From an uncultured Christensenella sp. (lineage in GTDB: Bacteria > Bacillota > Clostridia > Christensenellales > UBA1750), in NCBI GenBank assembly GCA_905193155.1, contig CAJJNQ010000004.1:3628-67627 (forward strand): a stretch of DNA of 64,000 bases, given 5' to 3'. Both the position numbers and the translations under genes were made by a program. How positions within the stretch are numbered: position 1 is the stretch's first letter; each line of letters starts with the position of its first letter. Under the pieces are notes generated by a model. The model was not told where the DNA came from, did no database searches, and saw nothing but the letters and a program-made list of their open reading frames with translations. This document shows, one piece after another, positions 43,941-54,020 of the stretch.

Positions 43941-45122
43941 GTGAAGAGCATGGCAGCAGCCATTGAATTTGGAACCTCCAAGATCGTCACCGTGGTCGGG
44001 GAGGGGAACGGCGAAGGCCCGGCGCAGCTGCTGGGGTTCGGCGTGGTACCCTACGACGGCTACAGCGACGCGCACTGGAACGCCTCGGATGAGGACGTGG
44101 ATCAGGCAATTCTGAAATCCGTGCGGGAAGCAGAGCTTTCCTCCGGCAGGGAGATCAAGGAGATCTACGTCGGCGTGCCCGGCGATTTCATTCATCTGGA
44201 GCAGAACGAAGTCACCCTCGAATTGGACGGCGAGCGCCGCATCACGCCCGAAGATGTGGACGATGTGATGAATCTGGCGCTGGACTATAAAAATAAGCAG
44301 GACGGCGTGATCATCCACCGCAGCCCCGCGTGGTTCACGGTGGACGACCGCAGGACCATGGAGCCCACGGGGCTCAAGGGCAGCGTGGTCAAGTGCATGG
44401 CCTCCTTTGTCATCGCGGACGCGACTTTCCTGGAGGATATGCAGGCCCGCATGGAGGAGCAGGATATCCACATCAACGGCTATCTTTCGCCCGCGCTGGG
44501 CGAGGCGCTGCTGCTCATCCCGCCGGAGGAGCGCGATAAGGTCGCGGTGCTGGTGGACGTTGGCTATCTTTCCACCGAGGTCATGTTCGTGCAGGGCGAT
44601 GCGCTGATTCGCCACGAGGTGCTGCCCATGGGCGGCGGCCATCTGGCGGCGGATCTTGCGATGGAGCTTTCCATCACCATGGATATGGCGGAGGAGCTCA
44701 AGCGCAAATATACCTTCGGCATCGGTCAGGATCAGCTCTCCGTCACCGACCCGGACGGCCAGAACGTCTCTTTCCCCAGGGAAACCGTGCTGGCGGTCAT
44801 CGAGCCGCGCGTGGCCGAGCTTTCCGACATGGTGCGCGATACCATTGAAAAGTACGCGAGCGAGCTTTCGCAGCGCTCGACGTTCTATATCACCGGCGGC
44901 GGCCTGATCCTGATGCGCGGCGGCAGGGAGACCATCTCCTCCGTCGTCGAGCGCACCTTCAAGGCGCCCACGCCGCCCGCCATCAAGCTCAATTCGCCGG
45001 TTTATTCCTCGGCGATCGGGCTGCTGGAGCTGGTCTATGAATCGGTTAGCCAGATGGAGGTCAAGCCCTCCGAAAGCACCAGCAAGATCGGTTCTTTCTT
45101 CAAGGCATTCTTTACCAAGTAA
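43941..45122 (+). CDS. ftsA: cell-division protein FtsA
   Basis: Actin-like fold motifs (IEFGTSKIV, VDVGYLSTEV, ITGGG). Start GTG 43941 (RBS gggagg) or ATG 43950. Confidence 0.9.
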   Translation: MKSMAAAIEFGTSKIVTVVGEGNGEGPAQLLGFGVVPYDGYSDAHWNASDEDVDQAILKSVREAELSSGREIKEIYVGVPGDFIHLEQNEVTLELDGERRITPEDVDDVMNLALDYKNKQDGVIIHRSPAWFTVDDRRTMEPTGLKGSVVKCMASFVIADATFLEDMQARMEEQDIHINGYLSPALGEALLLIPPEERDKVAVLVDVGYLSTEVMFVQGDALIRHEVLPMGGGHLAADLAMELSITMDMAEELKRKYTFGIGQDQLSVTDPDGQNVSFPRETVLAVIEPRVAELSDMVRDTIEKYASELSQRSTFYITGGGLILMRGGRETISSVVERTFKAPTPPAIKLNSPVYSSAIGLLELVYESVSQMEVKPSESTSKIGSFFKAFFTK

Positions 45123-45162
45123 GCAATCACCATTTTAACGTGAACGGATAGGGGGATTTTCA

Positions 45163-46503
45163 GTGCTGGAATTTGAACAGGAAGTTGCGGCCGGCGCGTG
45201 CATTAAGGTTGTAGGCTGCGGCGGCGCGGGCAACAACGCCGTCAACCGCATGGTGGAATATGGCCTGCGCGGCGTGGAGTTCGTGTCCATCAATACCGAC
45301 CGCCAGGCGCTTTCTCAGTCCAAGGCGGAAAATAAGATCCAGATCGGCGAAAAGCTGACCAAGGGCCTGGGCGCGGGCGCGAAGCCCGAAATCGGCAAGG
45401 CTGCCGCCGACGAGAGCAAGGATGAAATTTCCAAGATGCTCAAGGGCAGCGACCTGGTGTTCATCACCGCCGGCATGGGCGGCGGCACCGGCACGGGCGC
45501 GGCGCCCGTTGTGGCGCAGCTGGCGCGCGAGATGGGCATTCTGACCATCGGCGTGGTGACCAAGCCCTTCCTGTTTGAGGGCCGCCAGAGAATGCTCAAT
45601 GCCGAAAAGGGCATCATGGAGCTCAAGGCGCAGGTGGATACCCTCGTGGTCATCCCCAACGACAAGCTCCTTCAGATCGTGGGCAAGAACACCTCCCTGC
45701 CCGACGCCTTCCGCATGGCGGACGACGTGCTGCGCCAGGGCATTCAGGGCATCTCCGACCTGATCGCGGTGCCCGCGCTGATCAACCTGGACTTTGCGGA
45801 CGTCAAGACCATCATGCAGTCCCGCGGCATGGCGCACATGGGCATCGGCATCGGCAAGGGTGAAAACCGCATGGTCGAGGCCGCCAAGCAGGCGATTTCC
45901 AGCCCGCTGCTGGAGACCAGCATCGACGGCGCGAAGGCCGTGCTGATTAACATCACCGGCGGCAACGCCATCGGCATCCTCGAAGTCAACGAGGCCGCGT
46001 CCCTCATCGCTCAGGCCGCCGACCCCGAGGCCAACATCATCTTCGGCGCCGGCATCGACGAGACCTTTGACGACGAGGTGCGCATCACCGTCATCGCCAC
46101 CGGTTTCGAGGGCGCGGATTACAACCTGCCCAAGTCCACCGCCGCTGCGCAGCAGCCCGCCCGTCCGGCCGCGCCCGCGCAGAACGACGGCGTGACCGAG
46201 CGCATCCCCGTCTGGGTTCGTGACGAGCGCTCCGCGCAGCAGCCCCGCCAGAGCCGCTTGCGCGACCTCGGCCAGGAAGCGGAGCCCCAGCAGGAAGCCC
46301 CCGCGGCGCCCGCCGAACAGGAGCAGCCCGTCTCCGCGTTTGATGCGTATCAGGCGCAGCAGACCGCTCAGCCCGTCCGCCCGATGCGCGGCCAGCGCGT
46401 GTTCGGCGAGGAGGAAGACATCCCCGATGCGCCCGCACAGCCCGCGCGCCGTTCCTACAACAACGACGTGCCCGCGTTCCTGCGCCGCAATCCCAAGAAG
46501 TAA
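45163..46503 (+). CDS. ftsZ: cell-division GTPase FtsZ
   Basis: [27 protein letters not shown]. Long Q/P/A linker and C-terminal DVPAFLRR peptide. Confidence 0.97.
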   Translation: MLEFEQEVAAGACIKVVGCGGAGNNAVNRMVEYGLRGVEFVSINTDRQALSQSKAENKIQIGEKLTKGLGAGAKPEIGKAAADESKDEISKMLKGSDLVFITAGMGGGTGTGAAPVVAQLAREMGILTIGVVTKPFLFEGRQRMLNAEKGIMELKAQVDTLVVIPNDKLLQIVGKNTSLPDAFRMADDVLRQGIQGISDLIAVPALINLDFADVKTIMQSRGMAHMGIGIGKGENRMVEAAKQAISSPLLETSIDGAKAVLINITGGNAIGILEVNEAASLIAQAADPEANIIFGAGIDETFDDEVRITVIATGFEGADYNLPKSTAAAQQPARPAAPAQNDGVTERIPVWVRDERSAQQPRQSRLRDLGQEAEPQQEAPAAPAEQEQPVSAFDAYQAQQTAQPVRPMRGQRVFGEEEDIPDAPAQPARRSYNNDVPAFLRRNPKK

Positions 46504-46516
46504 AAGCAGATTCACC

Positions 46517-46556
46517 ATCCCGTCACGCAGTATTCCTGCGAGGCGGGATTTTTTTG
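46517..46556 (+). terminator. rho-independent terminator after ftsZ
   Basis: Stem atcccgtcacgcag/ctgcgaggcgggat with one mismatch and one GU pair, followed by T7. Confidence 0.6.
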
Positions 46557-46566
46557 CGCCCATGCG

Positions 46567-46612
46567 TTGACAATCTTATTAACGTGTGCTATCCTATCGG
46601 TAGACAAGTTGT
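46567..46612 (+). promoter_or_regulatory. promoter of the blaI-like operon with a downstream ACAAGTTGT palindrome
   Basis: TTGACA (46567-46572), 17-nt spacer, TATCCT (46590-46595). 4-1-4 palindrome at 46604-46612 between the -10 and the RBS. Confidence 0.5.
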
Positions 46613-46628
46613 TAACGGAGGAAAGCCC

Positions 46629-47003
46629 ATGGATGAACATCGGAATGTGACCGACAGCGAGTGGAAAATCATGGATCAGCTCTGGAAAAACGGTGAGATG
46701 ACCATGGCGCAGATCACCAGGGCGCTGGAGGAGGAGACGGGTTGGAGCAAGCATACCGTGATCTCGCTCCTCAAGCGCATGTGTCAGAAGGGCAGCGCCG
46801 AAATCGTGCCCGAAACCAGCCCCATGCGCTACCGCGCGCTGATCTCCCGCAAAGACGCTGTGCGGCAGGAGACCAGCAGCGTGGTCAACCGCATCTTCGG
46901 CGGGCGCAGCGCCCTGCTCATCAGCGAGCTGGTGCAGCAGGATGATTTGACCGACGAGGAAATCGACGACCTGATGCGCATCCTCGAAGCGCACAGAAAG
47001 TGA
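46629..47003 (+). CDS. BlaI/MecI/CopY-family winged-helix transcriptional repressor
   Basis: VTDSEWKIMDQLWKNGEMTMAQI...WSKHTVISLLKRMCQKG is the typical Penicillinase_R fold signature. ATG 46629 follows ggagga. Confidence 0.85.
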   Translation: MDEHRNVTDSEWKIMDQLWKNGEMTMAQITRALEEETGWSKHTVISLLKRMCQKGSAEIVPETSPMRYRALISRKDAVRQETSSVVNRIFGGRSALLISELVQQDDLTDEEIDDLMRILEAHRK

Positions 47004-47010
47004 GGACGAT

Positions 47011-49614
47011 ATGAAAACCCTGCTCGTGATGAGCGTCACCGGCGGACTGCTGGCGCTGACCGTGATGGCGGTGCGCGCAGCCTGCGGCAAACGGCTCGAT
47101 CCGCGCGTGACGGCGGCGCTGTGGCTGCCCGTGGCGCTGTGTTTGCTTGTACCGCTGCGCGTGCCCAGCACCGTCAGTGTGCTCAACCTGCCCGCCGCGG
47201 CGCGCGTGGAGCAAACTGTGCAGACGGTGCAGCAGCAATCGGAAAACACATTGGGCGCGGTTGCATTTATGACCACAGCCCCGGCGGCGCAGCCTTCCGC
47301 ACCGGCACGGGATAACGCGAACCCGCCGTCCTCCGCCGGAGATCCCGCGCCGGAGAAAGCGCTGAACACCCATAGCTTCCGTATGCCCACCCTTTCACAG
47401 ATTTTGACGGGCGTCTGGCTGCTCGGAGCGGCCGTTGCCACGGCGTATATCGCGCTGGTCAATGCGAAGTTCGCCGGGCGCGTCCGCCGCTCGCAGCGGC
47501 CGGTGGAGCTGCTGCCGCAGGAAAAGCGGCTGCTCGGCAAAACGCAGGTCTTTGTCTCCCGCGCAGTGCCCTCGCCCTGCCTGATGAACCCGCTGCGCCC
47601 CAAGATCATCGTCACGCCCGCCGTGCTGAACGACCCGGACCGCATGCGGCACGTCCTGGCGCATGAGCTTTCCCACAAAAAGCGGGGTGACCTCTGGTGG
47701 GCGGTGCTGCGCAGCATCGTGCTGATCGTGCATTGGTTCAATCCCGTGGTGTGGATCGCCGCGTCCGTCAGCCGTGCGGACAGCGAGAACGCCTGCGACG
47801 TGCGCGCCATTGCGCTGTTGGGCGAGGATCAGCGGCTGGAATACGGCAAAACGCTGCTCTCCTTCCTGCGCGGCAAGCCCCGCGCGGGCAGCCTGGTCAA
47901 CGCCGCCACCACCATGGCGCAGAGCAAGCAGCAGCTGAGGAGGCGCATTTCCCTGATTGCAAAAAAGAAGAAGTTTACGCTCGTGGCCGCCGTGCTGGCG
48001 ATTGTGCTGGTGCTGACGGGCTGCGCTGTGACCATGACCGGCCCTGCGCAGCATGATTCCGCTGCGCCTTCGGCTTCTCCCGCCGAAACGCCGCAGTCCG
48101 CCGATGCGGACGTTCCCGAAAGCATCCGCGCGCAGATGCGGCGCATCGAAGAGAACACGAACCTGACCTTTCAGGATATGCTCCCCGACGCGCTGCCCGA
48201 AGCGGAAGGCGTAACGTTCTACGGCCGGCAGACCGCCGGTGCGGAGACGATTTATCTGCTGGGTGAAGCGCAGGACGGCGCGAGTCTGCCGGAGCTTGTG
48301 GGCAGCGCGCAGATTGCCGTAAACTTTTCGGAGAGCCTGCGGCTGTATGTGGTGCAGGACGCGGACGGCGCGCTGCAAACGGCGATTTCTCTGCTGGTAG
48401 ACGATCGCCCCGATTGGGTGATCGCGCAGATGAATGCGCTGGAAGCTGCCGTAGAGCCGGAGGTTTCGGGCTTTACCAGCCTCTCTTCGGAGGAGGCGCA
48501 GACGCTTGTGCCCGCGCTGGAGGGGGATTTCACCTGCTTTGCGCGGCGCAGCGCCGAGGGCGATACCTACCTCATCGCGGTGGGCAAGCCGGGGCTGGAC
48601 GTTGCCAACGCCGAGGGCGAGATGCTGTGGAACGTCTATTACACCTCCGGCGCGGAGGATATGACTGATGAGGCGATCCTGACGCAGACGGTCGTCAACT
48701 CGGAGGGGGTAAACGATCTGTGCAGCTATCACCTCGACGGCGCGCAGGCGGCGGTGTGGCTCGACACCGACGATGCCCCCAACAAGAACACCTTTCTGAT
48801 CCTCGTTTCCTCCGACAATCCCGTGATGCATTACGCCCTGAACGGCCGACTTTCCGCCTACCGCTACGCGAAAACCATGGGCATGAGCATCGAGCAGCCC
48901 CGGAGCACGCCCTATGCCTCCGTCCATTATCTGACGCAGGAATCCCTGGAGAAAACCGGACTTTATGATCCGTATACTTACTTCTTTGAGCTGGACGGCG
49001 AAGGCAGGGAGCTGGCGGATGCGCTCGATGCCGCGGAGGTCAAGCTGTTTGCCGACGGCATCTCGGTGGATTGGGAGCACAATCTCGATACCTTTGATTA
49101 CATCTACACCGATAAGGCGACGTATTCGCTGGGCAGCCGGTATATCCGCGTGTCGAAGGATTACAGTGTCCTCGGCGTGATCGAGGATGAGGCGCTCATC
49201 GAGCGGATGCGGGCGCTGTTTGAGCAGCGCGTCGGGTTTGACCCGCTGCTCGACATCGCGCAGTGGGCGAGCGAAGGCAGCTTCACCTCGGCCACACTGA
49301 ATGACGGCGCGATTCGGTCTAATCAGGCGAACAATCAGAATGATTTCCAGATGGAGGGCCAGACCGTGACGGATGCGGAAAGCCTTGCCGCCCTGCAAAA
49401 ACTGCTCAGCCGCGCGACCTATCTCGGCGGCGGCGCGGGCTGCCCCTTCGGGGACTTCCTGACCGTGACCCGCGACGACGGGCAGACGCTGACGATCTCC
49501 GTCGCCACCGATAGCTGCGGTGCGCTCTGCTATAACGGCAACAGTTACTACAACTACGGCAAACAGGAGAAACTCAAGGCAATTTTCCCTGAATGGGACC
49601 TCGGCTGGGAGTAA
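47011..49614 (+). CDS. M56-family (BlaR1/MecR1-like) membrane metalloprotease sensor with a large non-PBP extracellular domain
   Basis: N-terminal TMs, HELSHKKRGD zinc motif, SENACD. A further TM (FTLVAAVLAIVLVLTG), then about 520 aa with no SxxK/KTG penicillin-binding motifs. Confidence 0.8.
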   Translation: MKTLLVMSVTGGLLALTVMAVRAACGKRLDPRVTAALWLPVALCLLVPLRVPSTVSVLNLPAAARVEQTVQTVQQQSENTLGAVAFMTTAPAAQPSAPARDNANPPSSAGDPAPEKALNTHSFRMPTLSQILTGVWLLGAAVATAYIALVNAKFAGRVRRSQRPVELLPQEKRLLGKTQVFVSRAVPSPCLMNPLRPKIIVTPAVLNDPDRMRHVLAHELSHKKRGDLWWAVLRSIVLIVHWFNPVVWIAASVSRADSENACDVRAIALLGEDQRLEYGKTLLSFLRGKPRAGSLVNAATTMAQSKQQLRRRISLIAKKKKFTLVAAVLAIVLVLTGCAVTMTGPAQHDSAAPSASPAETPQSADADVPESIRAQMRRIEENTNLTFQDMLPDALPEAEGVTFYGRQTAGAETIYLLGEAQDGASLPELVGSAQIAVNFSESLRLYVVQDADGALQTAISLLVDDRPDWVIAQMNALEAAVEPEVSGFTSLSSEEAQTLVPALEGDFTCFARRSAEGDTYLIAVGKPGLDVANAEGEMLWNVYYTSGAEDMTDEAILTQTVVNSEGVNDLCSYHLDGAQAAVWLDTDDAPNKNTFLILVSSDNPVMHYALNGRLSAYRYAKTMGMSIEQPRSTPYASVHYLTQESLEKTGLYDPYTYFFELDGEGRELADALDAAEVKLFADGISVDWEHNLDTFDYIYTDKATYSLGSRYIRVSKDYSVLGVIEDEALIERMRALFEQRVGFDPLLDIAQWASEGSFTSATLNDGAIRSNQANNQNDFQMEGQTVTDAESLAALQKLLSRATYLGGGAGCPFGDFLTVTRDDGQTLTISVATDSCGALCYNGNSYYNYGKQEKLKAIFPEWDLGWE

Positions 49615-49633
49615 ATCCTCATAAAAACTTAAA

Positions 49634-49678
49634 AAGACCGCTCGGACTGCGAAAAATGCAGCCGGGGCGGTCTTTTTG
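49634..49678 (+). terminator. rho-independent terminator after the M56 sensor gene
   Basis: aagaccgc...gcggtctt outer stem with an inner ctgc/gcag helix, followed by ttttt. Confidence 0.65.
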
Positions 49679-49774
49679 TATGCCATAGAACATAAATTGC
49701 AAAACGGATCAACAGAAAATTCGCTGCAATGCGGGTATATTGATAGGCACAACCAAACAAAAGGGGGCGGCGGC

Positions 49775-50530
49775 ATGACGGTGAGCATCGAGGGCTTTGT
49801 GTTGCAGAACCTTTTGATGAATGCGCTGATCCTGATCCTGGCAGCGCGGTTGGCGGGCGTGCGCGCGGGAAAGCTGCGCATCGGGCTTGCGTCAGCGCTC
49901 GGCTGCGGATATGCGGTGTGCGCGTATCTGCCGTGGGGCAGACCGCTGCTGGGACTGCTGCCGCGCACGGCGGCCTGCGCCGGCATGACGCTGCTGTTGT
50001 GCGGCGGGCGGCTTGGGCGGGAATGGAGACGCACGGTGCGCGCCTTTGCCTTCATCTGGATCTCCACGGCACTGCTCGGCGGCACAGGCGCGGGGCTGAT
50101 GTATCTGCTGGGCGCGCGCGGTTACGGCCCGTTGGCCGCGCTGGGCACAGCGGCGTTGGGCGGAGGAGCGCTGATTGCGCTGACGGCGGCGCGCAACCGA
50201 AAAATGAGCAGCCGCACGGCGCTGCTGACGGTGCAGCGGGCGGGACGGCGCGTGAGCCTTGTCGCCATTGTGGACACGGGCAACGCGCTGGTGGAGCCGC
50301 TGAGCAACCTGCCGGTGATCGTGGTGGAAAAGGACGCGCTTTCCGGCGTTGCGGGCGGCAGGATGCGCGCGGTGCCATTCACCTCGGTGGGCGGCGGCGG
50401 CGTGCTTTCTGCTTTCGCACCGGACAGCGTGCGCGTGGACGGGCGGGAGGTGGAGGCCTTTGTGGCGGTATACGACGGCGTGCTCAACACCGAAGGGCGC
50501 GCGCTGATTCCGGGGAGGTGCATGGGATGA
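49775..50530 (+). CDS. spoIIGA: sigma-E processing aspartic peptidase SpoIIGA
   Basis: Five N-terminal TMs, then [10 protein letters not shown] (DTG active site). ATG 49775 follows aaaggggg. Stop overlaps the sigE start (ATGA). Confidence 0.85.
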   Translation: MTVSIEGFVLQNLLMNALILILAARLAGVRAGKLRIGLASALGCGYAVCAYLPWGRPLLGLLPRTAACAGMTLLLCGGRLGREWRRTVRAFAFIWISTALLGGTGAGLMYLLGARGYGPLAALGTAALGGGALIALTAARNRKMSSRTALLTVQRAGRRVSLVAIVDTGNALVEPLSNLPVIVVEKDALSGVAGGRMRAVPFTSVGGGGVLSAFAPDSVRVDGREVEAFVAVYDGVLNTEGRALIPGRCMG

Positions 50531-51234
50531 AAAAGGGATTTTTTCGGGAGATATGGCGAAAAATATTGCGGTTCTTGTGCGGCGGAAGGTTGGATTACAT
50601 CGGCGGCGGACAGAGCCTGCCCGCGCCGTTTACGCGCGAGGAGGAGGAAGCGGTCATGCAGGCGCTGCGCAGCGGGGACGAGAGTGTGCGGGAGGGGCTG
50701 ATCGAGCACAACCTGCGGCTGGTGGTCTATATCGCCAGAAAGTTTGAAAACACCGGCGTGGGCGTGGACGACCTGATCTCCATCGGCTCAATCGGGCTGA
50801 TCAAGGCAGTGAGCACTTTTGATGCGCACAAAAAGATCAAATTGGCAACCTACGCTTCGCGCTGCATCGAAAACGAGATTCTGATGTATCTGCGCCGATA
50901 CAGCCGCACGAAGCAGGAGGTCAGCTTTGACGAGCCGCTCAACGTCGATTGGGACGGCAACGAGCTGCTGCTCTCGGACGTGATGGGCACCGATCCTGAT
51001 CTGGTGGGGAGAGAGCTGGAAATGGAGAACGACCGCCGCGAGCTGCACGAGGCCATCGGGCGGCTCAGTCCGCGCGAAAAGCGCATCATGCAGATGCGCT
51101 TCGGCCTGAATGGCCAGCAGGAAAGAACCCAGCGCGAGGTCGCGGAAACCCTCGGCATTTCACAATCCTACATTTCTCGACTGGAAAAGCGCATCTTGAA
51201 ACGATTGCGCGGTGAGATGAGCGCAAAAATGTAG
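50527..51234 (+). CDS. sigE: RNA polymerase sporulation sigma factor E (pro-sigma-E)
   Basis: Pro-sequence [29 protein letters not shown], then regions 2-4 ([39 protein letters not shown]). Confidence 0.92.
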   Translation: MKKGFFREIWRKILRFLCGGRLDYIGGGQSLPAPFTREEEEAVMQALRSGDESVREGLIEHNLRLVVYIARKFENTGVGVDDLISIGSIGLIKAVSTFDAHKKIKLATYASRCIENEILMYLRRYSRTKQEVSFDEPLNVDWDGNELLLSDVMGTDPDLVGRELEMENDRRELHEAIGRLSPREKRIMQMRFGLNGQQERTQREVAETLGISQSYISRLEKRILKRLRGEMSAKM

Positions 51235-51378
51235 ACAAATCAATGAATTGTTTGCGAGGCAGCGTATAAAATTAGAAAGGAAGTACAAAAATAACAGTGC
51301 TGGCGGTGAGATGAAGCTTGCAGAAAACGCATTCCTTCGTCCTCCGGGCAAAAACAAGAAGAGGCGGAGGGAAACCTG

Positions 51379-52152
51379 ATGGCACTGAACAAAGTGGATC
51401 TTTGCGGCGTGGATACCTCCAAGCTGCCCGTGCTGACGAACGCGGAGATGAAAAAGCTGTTTGAGCGCATCGCGGCGGGCGACGAAACGGCGCGCGAGGA
51501 GTTTGTCGGCGGCAACCTACGACTGGTGCTGTCGGTGGTGCAGCGCTTTGCGGGCCGCGGCGAGATGATGGACGATCTGTTCCAGGTGGGCTGCATCGGC
51601 CTGATGAAATCCATCGACAATTTCGACACGACTTTGGGCGTGCGATTTTCGACCTACGCCGTGCCCATGATCATCGGGGAGATTCGCCGCTATCTGCGCG
51701 ACAACAACGCCATCCGTGTCAGCCGGTCGCTGCGGGACGTCGCCTATAAGGCCATGCAGGCGCGCGAAAAGCTCGGCGCGCAGCTGGGGCAGGAGCCCAC
51801 CGTCCGGCAGATCGCCGAGAGCCTTGATTTGAAGGAAGAGGACGTGGTGATGGCGCTGGACGCCATTCAGGAGCCGATGTCCCTCAACGAGCCGATCAAC
51901 CGCGATAACGGCGATGCGCTCTACGTCATGGATCAGATTCGGGACGAAAGCGGCGGCGAAGAGGAATGGGCGCGCAGCCTCGCTTTGCGCAACGCGATGG
52001 ATCGCCTGAGCGAACGCGAGCGGAAGATCGTGCGGATGCGCTTTTTCGGCGGCTGCACGCAGATGGAGGTCGCAGAGGAAATCGGCATCTCACAGGCGCA
52101 GGTTTCCCGGCTGGAAAAGACTGCGCTGCAACACATGCGCAAATACGTTTGA
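51379..52152 (+). CDS. sigG: RNA polymerase sporulation sigma factor G
   Basis: SigF/G-type regions (NLRLVLSVVQRF, DDLFQVGCIGLMKSIDNFD, FSTYAVPMIIGEIRRYLRD). Position immediately after sigE. Confidence 0.88.
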   Translation: MALNKVDLCGVDTSKLPVLTNAEMKKLFERIAAGDETAREEFVGGNLRLVLSVVQRFAGRGEMMDDLFQVGCIGLMKSIDNFDTTLGVRFSTYAVPMIIGEIRRYLRDNNAIRVSRSLRDVAYKAMQAREKLGAQLGQEPTVRQIAESLDLKEEDVVMALDAIQEPMSLNEPINRDNGDALYVMDQIRDESGGEEEWARSLALRNAMDRLSERERKIVRMRFFGGCTQMEVAEEIGISQAQVSRLEKTALQHMRKYV

Positions 52153-52245
52153 GCCAAGCGACAGAAAATCGAATGAATTTAGGCGCTGCGGGCATAGAAA
52201 TGCTGTGCGGGCGCTGTTTTTTTGAGCGAAAAGGGGGAGAGCACC

Positions 52246-52503
52246 ATGACCTATACGCAGCTGAAGCAGAAAGAAGTCGTCAATACCTGCGACGGGGCAA
52301 AGCTGGGAAACGTCTGCGACCTCGATCTTTCGCCGGACGGGCGGATTCTGGCGCTGATCGTGCCGGGGCTTTTTTCGCTCTCCGGCATGTTCAAGGGCGG
52401 GGGCGAAACCATTCCCTGGGATGCGGTGGCGATGATGGGCGAGGATGTGATACTGGTCAATCTCCCCGCGCAGGCAGGGCGGAGAGGCCGAAAGGAAGGC
52501 TGA
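52246..52503 (+). CDS. YlmC/YmxH-family sporulation protein (PRC-barrel)
   Basis: KEVVNTCDGAKLGNVCDLDL...IPWDAVAMMGEDVILV parallels B. subtilis YlmC. ATG 52246 follows aaaggggga. Confidence 0.8.
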   Translation: MTYTQLKQKEVVNTCDGAKLGNVCDLDLSPDGRILALIVPGLFSLSGMFKGGGETIPWDAVAMMGEDVILVNLPAQAGRRGRKEG

Positions 52504-52690
52504 AGCAGGAGAGGAGGACGGGCGGCGAAACGCCCGCTCTTCTTTTATATTTATAGAATAGATGGATTGCAAAGCGACGGCGCGGCCGTTCTTCCTGCGG
52601 CGGAGCGAGGAGTTTCTGTCCGCTGTGCGGAAAAAAACGGGCGAAAACCATCCGCGGGGTAGAAAAGTTAACAAAGTTTCCGCAAAAGGG

Positions 52691-52719
52691 TTTACGGTGG
52701 AAGAAAAAGACGCTATAAT
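52691..52719 (+). promoter_or_regulatory. sigma-A type promoter for nrdR
   Basis: TTTACG (52691-52696), 17-nt spacer, TATAAT (52714-52719). Confidence 0.55.
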
Positions 52720-52797
52720 AGTATGAGGCGAGACTAGTCCCCGAGCTGTACGGCGGGGAGGGTACACCCTCATAATTCAAGGAGACTGAAAGCGGAT

Positions 52798-53307
52798 ATG
52801 AAGTGTATGTACTGCGGCGCGACCGACAGCCGCGTGATTGACTCCCGCCCCACCGACGAGGGTCTGGCCATCCGCCGCCGCGAATGCGTCAAGTGCGGAA
52901 GGCGTTTTACGACCTATGAAAAGATCGAAAACGTACAGGTCATGGTCGTCAAGAAGGACGGCTCGCGGGAGGCGTTCGACGCGGATAAGATTCGCCGCGG
53001 CCTGATTAAGGCGTGCGAAAAGCGCCCCGTCGCCATGCACGATGTGGATCAGCTCGTGCGCGACGTTGAAACGCAGATCTATAATTCCCTCGATCAGGAG
53101 GTTTCCTCCGCGCGTATCGGGGAGATGGTCATGGAAAGGCTGCGGGGTCTGGACGAGGTCGCCTATGTGCGCTTTGCGTCGGTTTACCGCTCCTTCTGCG
53201 ACATCAACACATTCATGGAAGAACTCAAAAAGCTGCTGGGAAAGCCCGGCGCGGAAGAAAACGAAAAAGCGGAGACGAATCCTGAATCCGGCTCCCACAA
53301 CATATAA
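52798..53307 (+). CDS. nrdR: transcriptional repressor NrdR (zinc ribbon + ATP-cone)
   Basis: [18 protein letters not shown]...[16 protein letters not shown] zinc ribbon, followed by an ATP-cone. Confidence 0.95.
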   Translation: MKCMYCGATDSRVIDSRPTDEGLAIRRRECVKCGRRFTTYEKIENVQVMVVKKDGSREAFDADKIRRGLIKACEKRPVAMHDVDQLVRDVETQIYNSLDQEVSSARIGEMVMERLRGLDEVAYVRFASVYRSFCDINTFMEELKKLLGKPGAEENEKAETNPESGSHNI

Positions 53308-53321
53308 GGAGGTTATCCAGC

Positions 53322-54020
53322 ATGCCCAGTGATACCATCTTAGCAGTGGATGATGAAGTCCATATTCTTGAATTGATTTCCTTCAACCTGAAAGCCGCAG
53401 GGTATCACGTCGTAACAGCGCTCACGGGCGAAGAAGCGCTCAAGCGCTGCGAGGTGGAAAAGCCCTCCCTGGTGCTGCTTGACATCATGCTCCCCGGCAT
53501 CGACGGACTGGAAGTCTGCCGCCGCTTAAAGGGCGACCGCACCACCAGCAACATCCCGATCATCATGCTCACCGCAAGGGGCGACGAGGTCGATAAGATC
53601 CTCGGCCTGGAATTGGGCGCGGACGATTACATCACCAAGCCTTTTTCCGTGCGCGAGCTGGCCGCCCGCGTAAAATCCCTGCTGCGCCGCGTCGCGCCTC
53701 AGCAGGAGAGCGAGCCGCAGACCCTGCGTGCCGGCGATATCATGATCGATATTACCAATTATGAAGCCTTTAAGGGCGGCGAAAAGCTCTCGCTGACCCT
53801 CAAGGAATTTGAACTGCTCAAAGTGCTCGTTCTCAGCCGCGGCAAGGTTTTGACCCGCGATTTCCTGCTGGATCGCATTTGGGGCTATGAGTATTACGGT
53901 GAAACCCGCACCGTGGACGTGCATATCCGTCACCTCCGCCAGAAGCTGGGCGAGGAGCCTTATATTGAAACGGTCAGAGGCGTAGGGTATCGTTTCGTTG
54001 ATCGGGAGCAGGAAGCGTGA
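53322..54020 (+). CDS. OmpR/PhoB-family response regulator (PhoP-like)
   Basis: Receiver domain (ILAVDDE, LVLLDIMLPGIDG, MLTARG) and winged-helix output (TRTVDVHIRHLRQKL, RGVGYRF). Confidence 0.9.
   Translation: MPSDTILAVDDEVHILELISFNLKAAGYHVVTALTGEEALKRCEVEKPSLVLLDIMLPGIDGLEVCRRLKGDRTTSNIPIIMLTARGDEVDKILGLELGADDYITKPFSVRELAARVKSLLRRVAPQQESEPQTLRAGDIMIDITNYEAFKGGEKLSLTLKEFELLKVLVLSRGKVLTRDFLLDRIWGYEYYGETRTVDVHIRHLRQKLGEEPYIETVRGVGYRFVDREQEA

Noticed and set aside
49918-50526. The 5' extension of the 438-aa ORF (49918..51234) upstream of sigE.
   Set aside because: It is an alternate frame of spoIIGA and is Arg/Gly/Ala-rich. The recognisable pro-sigma-E sequence starts at the ATG at 50527, which overlaps the spoIIGA stop.
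51260-51300. A forespore (sigma-F/G type) promoter upstream of sigG (GTATA...GGAAGTACAAAAATA). Spo0A boxes were also checked upstream of spoIIE and spoIIGA.
   Set aside because: The spacing and the -10 do not fit the sigma-F/G consensus as I remember it. The best 0A-box-like words (AACGACA at about 4665, TTCGCTG at about 49718) match only 5 of 7 positions. That is too weak to call.
52720-52797. A possible preQ1-I-like riboswitch in the nrdR leader (GAGGGUACACCCUCAUAAUUCAAGGAG).
   Set aside because: It superficially resembles the ACACCCUC...A-rich tail...AAGGAG arrangement. However, the hairpin loop is only 4 nt, far shorter than the preQ1-I loop, and the A-rich tail is too short. nrdR also has no link to queuosine. 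Probably just a leader hairpin.
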